DNA from: a virus
Taxonomy: Duplodnaviria > Caudoviricetes
Length of the DNA stretch: 64,000 nt
Virus record (IMG/VR): IMGVR_UViG_3300031111_000003
Location: 2,165 to 66,164 of that record
Direction: 5' to 3' (one strand)
Part shown: positions 56,510 through 64,000 of the stretch, piece by piece
How positions within the stretch are numbered: the first letter of the stretch is position 1
Layout: each line of letters opens with the position of its first letter
Position numbers and translations under genes: made by a program
The notes under the pieces: model-generated
The model's input: the letters and a program-made list of their open reading frames with translations, nothing else
The model's database searches: none
Told to the model about the DNA's origin: nothing

Positions 56510-57232
56510 ATGGCCCGCAGGCGCACTCCAAAGTCACCCCAAAAAGAACTTCACAATTCTCGCGACGTCGGTATCCGAGCCCAGGATCGACGCCTCAGCC
56601 GACGTTTCATGCTGGACAACGAGCTGACCCCGAAAGAGTCACTGTACGTGATTGAATACCTCGTAGACCTCAACCAGACCCAGGCCGCTATCCGAGCCGG
56701 CTACTCCCCCGAGGCCGCAGCCGGGATCGCCAGCCAGAAGATGGCCAAGCCTCATATTCGAGAGGCAATCGCCAAGGCCATGAGAGCCAGAGCAGCCCGA
56801 ACCCAGATCACCGCCGATAGGGTCCTTCAAGAACTCGGCCGGATTGGGTTCGCTGACCCAGGTCGCTACTACGACAGCGACGGCGACCTAGTCAGCATGA
56901 GCGAGCTCACAGAGGACGAGCGTGCGGCCATCAGCGAGACGAAGATTCGTACACACTACAAGCGCGACAAGAAAACAGGGGACGTCGCGGTCCAGGGATA
57001 CACCAAGGAGATCAAGCTGCATCCCAAGGAGCCGGCACTCAAGCTACTCGCCAAACACCTCGGGGTGCTCCACGATAAGATCACCGTCGACTACAACGAG
57101 ACCCACGAACACCGGGTGACGTTCGACTACAGCAGCCTGTCCGAGGAGGAAATGGCGGTGCTGCTGAAACTAATCGGAGCTAAGTACGCCACGGTGGAGG
57201 ATATGTTGTGTCCGAGCAACATGAGCCAGTAG
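56510..57232 (+). CDS. terS: terminase small subunit
   Basis: LT.K...V.EYLVDLN.TQAAIRAGYS, IT..RVL.EL..I.F and K..AL.LL.KHLG motifs. Confidence 0.9.
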   Translation: MARRRTPKSPQKELHNSRDVGIRAQDRRLSRRFMLDNELTPKESLYVIEYLVDLNQTQAAIRAGYSPEAAAGIASQKMAKPHIREAIAKAMRARAARTQITADRVLQELGRIGFADPGRYYDSDGDLVSMSELTEDERAAISETKIRTHYKRDKKTGDVAVQGYTKEIKLHPKEPALKLLAKHLGVLHDKITVDYNETHEHRVTFDYSSLSEEEMAVLLKLIGAKYATVEDMLCPSNMSQ

Positions 57233-58812
57233 ATCCTCAGGCAGCAGTCCTGAATGGGCTGATTGCCAAGGCGATCGAGAACGGGACCGCAGTACGGGCC
57301 GAAGCCTGTCGCCGGTCCTTTTTCACGTTCGTGCAGGAGTTCTGGGACGAGCTGGTCCCCGATCCTCTCCAGCTGAATTGGCACATGGCCGTTTTGTGCA
57401 GCGAGCTGCAGCAATTAGCCGAGGGGGTCGCTCGCGGAGACGACGCTCCCTACGACCTGATTGAGAACGTGCCTCCCGGGACGACGAAATCAACTTTGTC
57501 CGTCATCATGTTCCCCGCCTGGTGTTGGACTCGTTGGTTGTGGATGCGGTTTATCTGTGGCTCATACTCGGGTCCGCTGGCGGGGGATCACGGTGGATTG
57601 TGCAAGGACCTCGTCCAGAGTGAGAAGTATAAGGCGTATTTCCCTAAGGTACGGATCCGTTCGGACCATGACGCTCGGTCCAACTTCCGGCTGCAGGACG
57701 TCAAGGAAATAAACGAGGAGACCGGGCAGCGGTACACGATCAAGGGCGGACAGAGGATCGCGTGCTCGGTCGGCGGTACGGTGACAGGCCGCCACGCCCA
57801 TATCATCCTGATGGACGACCCGCTGAACCCTAAGCAGGCGGTGTCCAAGACCCAGGCCCAGACGGCGTGTGAGTTCATGGACCAGACGCTGTCCACTCGT
57901 AAGGTGGACAAGGCCAAGACGCCGACCGTCTTGATCATGCAGCGACTTCACGAGAACGATCCCACGGGCAACTGGCTGAGTCAGGAGAAAGAAGGCAAGC
58001 GGATCAAGCACATCTGCCTGCCGATCGAGTGTGTCAACTACGAGGTCAAGCCCGCCGAGCTCAAGGCATTCTACACTGCCGACGGCCTGCTCGATCCCAA
58101 GCGCATGCCGTGGACCGTAATAGCCGACATGAAAATCTCACTCGGCCAGTACGGCTTCGCCGGCCAGTGCGGCCAGAATCCCGCCCCGCCTTCTGGTGGT
58201 ATGTTTGACGTTGAAAAGCTGATGCAGAACACCGTCGACGTTCCACCTTCCAAGGTCGTTCGCACTGTTCGCTACTGGGACAAGGCTGGAACTGACAAAA
58301 AGGAAAATCCTGGAGCTGCTCACACTGCTGGATTGCAGATGGGCCTCATGGAGAATGGCGAGGTGATCATTTTACACGTGGAGCGAGGCCAATGGTCGGC
58401 GGACAAGCGAGAACGTCGCATGCGATCAATTGCAGAGGCTGACGGACATGCTACCCGTATCTACGTGGAACAGGAACCGGGTAGCGGTGGAAAGGACAGT
58501 GCCCGGATGTCCATCAAGAATCTGCACGGATATTCCTGCCGAGCTGATCCTCCTCGTGGCGATAAAATCTATCGAGCTGATCCGTTGAGTGCTGCGACTG
58601 AAGCCGGGCACGTGTTCCTGCTCCGAGGGGAGTGGAATCGGGCGTTCATTGATGAGGCCCGGTTGTTCCCCAACAGTACCTACAAGGACCAGATCGACGC
58701 TGGATCCGGAGCGTATATGAAGCTCGTGGGCGGCAAGCACCGGGCCGGTGCTCTCCGGGGCAGCAAGAAGAAGGAAAAGCTCCGCCGAGCGCGGATGGGA
58801 ATAGTTTCATAA
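57208..58812 (+). CDS. terL: terminase large subunit
   Basis: NVPPGTTKS Walker A, TG.HA...DDP, MQRLH..D..G, Q.P.P..G, WD.A, EQEPGSGG and DQ.DA motifs. Confidence 0.92.
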   Translation: MSEQHEPVDPQAAVLNGLIAKAIENGTAVRAEACRRSFFTFVQEFWDELVPDPLQLNWHMAVLCSELQQLAEGVARGDDAPYDLIENVPPGTTKSTLSVIMFPAWCWTRWLWMRFICGSYSGPLAGDHGGLCKDLVQSEKYKAYFPKVRIRSDHDARSNFRLQDVKEINEETGQRYTIKGGQRIACSVGGTVTGRHAHIILMDDPLNPKQAVSKTQAQTACEFMDQTLSTRKVDKAKTPTVLIMQRLHENDPTGNWLSQEKEGKRIKHICLPIECVNYEVKPAELKAFYTADGLLDPKRMPWTVIADMKISLGQYGFAGQCGQNPAPPSGGMFDVEKLMQNTVDVPPSKVVRTVRYWDKAGTDKKENPGAAHTAGLQMGLMENGEVIILHVERGQWSADKRERRMRSIAEADGHATRIYVEQEPGSGGKDSARMSIKNLHGYSCRADPPRGDKIYRADPLSAATEAGHVFLLRGEWNRAFIDEARLFPNSTYKDQIDAGSGAYMKLVGGKHRAGALRGSKKKEKLRRARMGIVS

Positions 58813-58852
58813 CCAAGCAGGCACGAACGCACTAACGTAAGGAGAAACGAAC

Positions 58853-59125
58853 ATGATTGCCAAGTTCAAGTCAGGAGACGGGTGGTCATTCCACGAATGT
58901 GTCAAGATAGACCTTTGCAGATACGCTTCCATAAACGGGCTGGTCCCGTATGAAACCTTTGCGGCGGGATCACAGTCACCATTCTTTTACCACGGTCCTG
59001 CTGAGAAGAACCCGGAGTGTAAGGTGGCCCACATCACGCGAAAGGACGGCACTGTGCACACCATCCTGTATGCACAGGAGGCTTACCTTCTGAACGACAA
59101 GGGCGATACCATCAACGCGATCTAG
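58853..59125 (+). CDS. hypothetical protein
   Basis: AAGGAG SD; AYLLND.G.TI ending. Confidence 0.65.
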   Translation: MIAKFKSGDGWSFHECVKIDLCRYASINGLVPYETFAAGSQSPFFYHGPAEKNPECKVAHITRKDGTVHTILYAQEAYLLNDKGDTINAI

Positions 59126-59182
59126 ACACAAAGGTGGGAGGGCGTGTGCCTGCTCCTCCTACCTAACTGAAGGGAATAAGTC

Positions 59183-59383
59183 ATGTTTGCAGTCACATAT
59201 TCAGGCTTCGCAGTATTCATCGCCCCGGATGATTATCTGCACGGCGTTTGCTCTATCCCGGTAGCACGACGGTTACATGCCCACGTACAGCATTGGCTCC
59301 GGAAGTATGAACGTGGTTTCAAAGTAACACTACCGCAGTGGGTGCAAGACGCCTTTCTGTTGATGTGGAGGAGGTCCACATGA
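59183..59383 (+). CDS. hypothetical protein, paralogue of 52307-52537
   Basis: conserved IPVARRLHAHVQHW and PQWVQDAFL. Confidence 0.75.
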   Translation: MFAVTYSGFAVFIAPDDYLHGVCSIPVARRLHAHVQHWLRKYERGFKVTLPQWVQDAFLLMWRRST

Positions 59384-59532
59384 TCATAGGTGGAGATTTC
59401 GTTATTTTGGGTTCACTCCGGGCTGCAGCTATGCAACTGGATTGGGCTTGGCAGTGTCTTTTACAAGAAATGGTGAAGTCGATAGATCCCTTGGTGCAGT
59501 ATTTTTCTGCACTGTTCGGAAGGAGATAGATC

Positions 59533-61020
59533 ATGGCCAGACGCAAAGCCCCCAAGGCCCATACCAAGGCCAGCCTGCAGCGGACCAAAATGCGGGTGCT
59601 CGAGTCAGCACTCGTAGCCCGCAAGAAGCTGTCCGGCATCCTGGGTCAGTCGTTCGACGGGGACCGGGACCTGTACGAGGCCCTCGGCTATTACCTGACG
59701 TTGACGTTCCGCCAGTACTATGGCCGATTCGAGCGGCAGGACATAGCTCACCGCATCATCACGGCTTATCCCGACGCAACGTGGCGGGGTGTTCCCAGCG
59801 TCTACACTCAGGACGGGCCGGAGAACGATTCGTTCAGCAAGGAATGGGATGCGCTGGTCAAGGACCTGAACGTCTACCACTATTTCAACCGGGTCGACAC
59901 TTTGGCGGGTATCGGTGAGTATGCCGTTCTGCTGATAGGTTTCAACGACGGGATGGATTTGGACCAACCCTGCACGCGGGCGTCCGAGGTCATGTACCTC
60001 ATGCCATACAGTCAGCAAAATGCTGAGGTGTTCCAAGTCGAGAACGACTCCCGGAATCCTCGGTACAGCCTGCCCACCGTCTATCGTTTACAGATGCAGG
60101 TTGGAGGCACTGGCGACGCGGACAAGCGGACCCAGGCTGTCAACGTCCACTACACCCGGTTGATCCACGTGGCTGAGGGCCTGTTGGAAAGCGAAATCTA
60201 CGGCACTCCCAGACTGCGCCCGGTGTTCAATCGCCTGGAGGATCTGCAGCGTATTACCGGTGGCTCGGCCGAGATGTTCTGGAAGGGGGCGTTCCCTGGT
60301 TGGGCCTTTATGGCCAAGGACGACGCCGACTTCGATACGCAAGACATCGACGACTTCAGCGACGAACTCGAGGAATATTTCCACGGCATGAAGCGGTACA
60401 TCCGCTTGCTGAACATGGAAGCCAAGTCGTTGGGCGTTCAGGTTGCTGACCCTGAGAAGCACGCCGAACTGCAACTCAAGCTGATCAGCGGCACCACGGG
60501 TATTCCGATCCGGATCCTTATCGGCTCCGAACGAGGGGAGCTTTCCTCGGCTCAGGATGAGAACAACTGGAATAGCCGTGTGGAGGAACGTCGACTGGAC
60601 TTCGCCGAGCCGTTCATCTTGCGGGCGTTCATCACCCGCCTTGGTGAAGTCGGTATCCTTGACGTGCCCAAGGAATACGTCGTCGACTGGCCTGACCTCA
60701 AGGCCCTGCCCGAGAAGGAGCAGGCGGAGATTGGGCTGGCACGGGCCAAGACCCTGGCTGAGTACATCAAGTCCGGTGCCGAAGTCATCATGGCCCCCGA
60801 GGACTTCCTGGTGCAGATCATGGGCGTCAATGAAGATGAGGTGCAGGGAATCATGGAACGGGCTGCAGGTTTGATAGCCGAGGAAGAGGCGATGGCAGCT
60901 CAGGACGGGGTGGAGGAAGGGGTGGCCCGGTTACCTGGCCAGGACGCCCCACAGGATGCGTCAGGTACGGCCATTGCTGTCCAGGTGGGACGGCACCACG
61001 TCAATAGGGAGGGTAAGTAG
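59533..61020 (+). CDS. portal protein (DUF1073-like)
   Basis: after terL; R..IA..I....P..TW, NPRY.LP..Y, VH.TR..H, G.P.L....N.L and IP..IL.G...GE..S..D motifs. Confidence 0.85.
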   Translation: MARRKAPKAHTKASLQRTKMRVLESALVARKKLSGILGQSFDGDRDLYEALGYYLTLTFRQYYGRFERQDIAHRIITAYPDATWRGVPSVYTQDGPENDSFSKEWDALVKDLNVYHYFNRVDTLAGIGEYAVLLIGFNDGMDLDQPCTRASEVMYLMPYSQQNAEVFQVENDSRNPRYSLPTVYRLQMQVGGTGDADKRTQAVNVHYTRLIHVAEGLLESEIYGTPRLRPVFNRLEDLQRITGGSAEMFWKGAFPGWAFMAKDDADFDTQDIDDFSDELEEYFHGMKRYIRLLNMEAKSLGVQVADPEKHAELQLKLISGTTGIPIRILIGSERGELSSAQDENNWNSRVEERRLDFAEPFILRAFITRLGEVGILDVPKEYVVDWPDLKALPEKEQAEIGLARAKTLAEYIKSGAEVIMAPEDFLVQIMGVNEDEVQGIMERAAGLIAEEEAMAAQDGVEEGVARLPGQDAPQDASGTAIAVQVGRHHVNREGK

Positions 61021-61401
61021 ATGTCTAAGGAAGCAATTTCATATGAGCATCCGTTGATTCGGCAGATCATCGAGGCTTGTGGATTCTCTCTTGACGGCAT
61101 CCAAGAGTTTCATCTGCATGTGACGACGGACGAGCCGGTGACTGCCAAGGTCAAACACCTTGTGCAGACAGGCGATAGCGAAGTCAGCACGTACCAGTTC
61201 ACGGAAGTGCAGCCTGTTAAGGCTGTTCGTGAAACTTTCAAAGATGATCTTGGCCAGGAAGGAACTCACTGGATAGATCGCAGCAGAGAAGAAAGATTAC
61301 CGGATGGACGCACCGGTATTAGAGTAGATGTTTCGCCGCCCCCTCCGGCAGAAGATGCCAAGCCGGTGGAGCGGATCGAGTTCAAGGGACTCCATTTGTA
61401 G
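61021..61401 (+). CDS. hypothetical protein
   Basis: abuts the portal stop; 126 aa. Confidence 0.55.
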   Translation: MSKEAISYEHPLIRQIIEACGFSLDGIQEFHLHVTTDEPVTAKVKHLVQTGDSEVSTYQFTEVQPVKAVRETFKDDLGQEGTHWIDRSREERLPDGRTGIRVDVSPPPPAEDAKPVERIEFKGLHL

Positions 61402-61411
61402 GATAATTTTC

Positions 61412-62332
61412 ATGTCTTACTGCACCTGCCATAACCGCACCCGCAAGGGACCCCTCCTCCATAAGGGTGGTGGTCTGCACGCCAATCGGGTTGTCCAGCT
61501 TGACCCAACGCGGACTACTACCCTACGAAGGGCGTTTATGGCAGCAATGAATAAGCGGTTTCGTTGGCTGAAGGGCCAGATCATTGAAGCGGTGGTGCGC
61601 CAAGATGTGTTTGGACTTCAGGCATCCCTTCCGAGAGTCCGGCTCCAGGCGGTCCCCCAAGCAAGGGCGTTTGAGTTCAAGACCGCTCCTGAGAAGGTCG
61701 AGTCATTTATGGCTTGGCTCCGGGAAGCTCAGGACGAGGGCATCCTCGAGGTTACGACTCGTACCGGGGGCCGTCCGGGGCTGGACCAACGGTGGACGGA
61801 CACCTATGTGCGGCGGGCCTACGACAGGGGGGTGGACAGGGGCAGGACTGAGCTGGAGAAAGTAGGAATCGAGATGGGGCCGGTTGAGGGCGTCTTCCGT
61901 TCCCCGGCCCACGCTGACCGGCTCGGCATGATTTACACTCGCACGTTCAGTGAGCTCAAGGGCATCACCGAGGCCATGGACCAGCAGATCAGCCGGGTGC
62001 TGGCCGATGGTCTAGCGGCTGGCAACCATCCTTCAGTCATCGCACGAGCCTTGAACAACAGGGTCGACAAGATCGGTATCACACGAGCCCGGACCTTGGC
62101 CCGGACGGAAGTGATTCGAGCCCATCATTCAGCGACAATGGCAGAATATCGGGCCGCTGGCCTGGAGAACGTAAAGGTCAAGGCCGAATGGTCGACCGCC
62201 GGGTTCAACGTCTGCCCAATTTGTGCCGACATGGAAGGACAGGTTTTTACCCTGGATAAAATGGAGACTATGATCCCGGCCCATCCGAATTGCCGGTGCG
62301 TGGCACTGCCTGTGCTGCCGACGGAAACGTAG
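61412..62332 (+). CDS. head morphogenesis protein (SPP1 gp7/Mu gpF-like)
   Basis: RA.TLARTE...A, VC..C....G..F and P.HPNCRC motifs. Confidence 0.88.
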   Translation: MSYCTCHNRTRKGPLLHKGGGLHANRVVQLDPTRTTTLRRAFMAAMNKRFRWLKGQIIEAVVRQDVFGLQASLPRVRLQAVPQARAFEFKTAPEKVESFMAWLREAQDEGILEVTTRTGGRPGLDQRWTDTYVRRAYDRGVDRGRTELEKVGIEMGPVEGVFRSPAHADRLGMIYTRTFSELKGITEAMDQQISRVLADGLAAGNHPSVIARALNNRVDKIGITRARTLARTEVIRAHHSATMAEYRAAGLENVKVKAEWSTAGFNVCPICADMEGQVFTLDKMETMIPAHPNCRCVALPVLPTET

Positions 62333-62389
62333 TGATACAAGTCTCAGTTTTGTATTTTTTTTGGCAAAAGGATTTCAAGGAGCAGTAGC

Positions 62390-63994
62390 ATGTATCAAAA
62401 ACATTTCATCAAAGCCCATCTTCGCGGTTCCATCTACCGTCGGGAAACTTTCAATGGCAGACCCCATATTGTGGTGCCTGTCATCATGATGGTGGAGGGC
62501 GTTCACAACGGATCACACGGTCCCATCCTCTACATGCGGGATGAGCTTTCTCGTTTTGCTGAGGCTTGGGATGGGCGTCCCGTTCCCATTTTCCACCCTG
62601 AGATCAACGGTATGCCAGTTCCGTGCAACATGCCCGAGGTGATCGAGACGCGGGTGGTGGGGCAGCTGTTCAACACACACTGGGATGATGGCAAGTTGAA
62701 GTCCGAGGCGTGGATCGACATTGAGAAGTGCCGACAGATCAGCCCTGAGACCTTGGCCATGCTGGAACAGGGTGAACCGATGGACGTATCCACCGGACTG
62801 TATTCCGAAGACGAGATGAAGGAAGGATCGTGGAACGGCGAGGCCTATGAGGCCATCGCTCGAAATATCAGACCCGAGCATTTGGCTCTTCTCCCCGGAA
62901 GTCACGGGGCCTGCTCGTGGGAAGACGGTTGTGGCGTCCGGGCAAACCAACAGGAGGACACCATGGAGAAGAAGGGCGTCTTCGCCCGCTTCGCAGGTAA
63001 GCTGATCTCCGTACTCAGCGGTCAGGACGACAATGATCCGAAGAAGTTGGAGGAGGCAGACGTGCTCCTGGAAAAGGCTTCTCATGTGGTCAGGATCAGC
63101 GAGGACAGCTTCAGCGACAAACAGCGCACCATCCAGGCGTACTTGGATTCACTCGATGTGCAGGAGCAAAAATATCATTACCTGCATGAGGCGTACGACG
63201 ATTACTTCGTCTACATGGTCCGAGTGCTGAATGGTCCGAACGCTGGTGAACTGCTGTTCAAGCAGAACTACGCCATCGATGGCGATGGCAAGCTCGAGCT
63301 CAGTGGTGATCCGGAGCAGGTGCGCGAGGACACGAACTACGTGCCCGTGGGCAACGACGTAAAAAACGAGGGAAAGGCCGACGAGGCCGATGAGGCCACA
63401 GTCGATATCAAGTCAACCACCAACAGCGAGGAAATGAAGATGGACAAGGAAGCGAAGGTCAAAGGCCTCATCGCCAACAAGGCCACCCGATTCACCGACG
63501 AGGACCAGGAGTTCCTGATGGGCCTGGAGCCGTGCCAGCTGGACAAGTTGGAGCCGGTTGCCAACGAGGACTCCAGTACCCGGGAAACCACCGACGCCGA
63601 CGCCGGCAATGAGTCCACTGAGACCGCCGACGCCGACGCCGACGCCGACGGCGAGCCCCCGGCTCAGAACGCCACGTCCGAAGATGGTGACAAGATCACC
63701 ATGACCATGGATCAGCTCGACAAGATCGTCGACGACCGCATCAAGCAGCACGCCTCCACGGATGCCAAGGCCCGCCGGGTCGAGGCCCTGATCGACAACG
63801 GCTGCCCGCTCGACAAGGGGGAGCTGATGAAGCTCGGCGACGCCTCCCTCAAGGTCTTCGAGGACCAGTACAAGGGCAAGAGCTACGCCGGTCGGGCCGG
63901 TGGCCCGACCCCGTCGCTGAACGACGGCGACGAAGGCCCCGGTGACATGGCGCCCTGCGTCCTGGCCGAGACCCAGGCCCCGAAAGACCAGTAG
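62390..63994 (+). CDS. capsid maturation protease fused to acidic scaffold (DUF2213-like)
   Basis: G.P....HP, VSTG, N..P.HLALLP...GACS..DGCG; acidic helical C-terminal half. Confidence 0.75.
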   Translation: MYQKHFIKAHLRGSIYRRETFNGRPHIVVPVIMMVEGVHNGSHGPILYMRDELSRFAEAWDGRPVPIFHPEINGMPVPCNMPEVIETRVVGQLFNTHWDDGKLKSEAWIDIEKCRQISPETLAMLEQGEPMDVSTGLYSEDEMKEGSWNGEAYEAIARNIRPEHLALLPGSHGACSWEDGCGVRANQQEDTMEKKGVFARFAGKLISVLSGQDDNDPKKLEEADVLLEKASHVVRISEDSFSDKQRTIQAYLDSLDVQEQKYHYLHEAYDDYFVYMVRVLNGPNAGELLFKQNYAIDGDGKLELSGDPEQVREDTNYVPVGNDVKNEGKADEADEATVDIKSTTNSEEMKMDKEAKVKGLIANKATRFTDEDQEFLMGLEPCQLDKLEPVANEDSSTRETTDADAGNESTETADADADADGEPPAQNATSEDGDKITMTMDQLDKIVDDRIKQHASTDAKARRVEALIDNGCPLDKGELMKLGDASLKVFEDQYKGKSYAGRAGGPTPSLNDGDEGPGDMAPCVLAETQAPKDQ

Positions 63995-64000
63995 GCCTTC

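Noticed and set aside
1-64000. Lysogeny module or alternative genetic code
   Set aside because: No integrase or CI-like repressor recognised, though the unseen part of the genome cannot be judged. Core genes are intact in code 11 and use all three stops.

Overview
This window is nearly the whole genome of a circularly permuted, tailed dsDNA phage with a lambda-like long non-contractile tail. The host is probably Gram-negative (lipoprotein and OMP-like genes). The major capsid gene falls outside the window. The + strand carries the late genes: terS, terL, portal, head morphogenesis and protease/scaffold at 56510-63994, then neck, tail, tape measure, tail tip, RBP and holin at 1-16452. The - strand (56300 to 16575) carries early and middle genes: a sigma-like factor, SNF2 helicase, ACP, primase, an initiator with internal iterons, DnaC/DnaB, a 7-deazaguanine cluster, clamp and clamp loader, a split family A polymerase, UvsY/SSB/RecA/RuvC, a three-part SbcC plus SbcD, ThyX and a mosaic of small ORFs. 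No integrase, repressor, tRNA, CRISPR array or RT was recognised. Highlights: (1) folE/queD/queE/dpdA-like genes with no queC but an embedded nitrilase-family enzyme; (2) a glycosyl/sulfotransferase cassette inside the tail operon, next to a tail-tube protein ending in STTTTT; (3) three type II hammerhead ribozymes with a covarying pseudoknot; (4) a five-copy phage promoter WGACGS-N15-CGAATAAC; (5) a ~1 kb locus downstream of one such promoter, with small peptides and a ~410-nt end-paired structured RNA. All family assignments come from motif recognition by eye; no database search was run.
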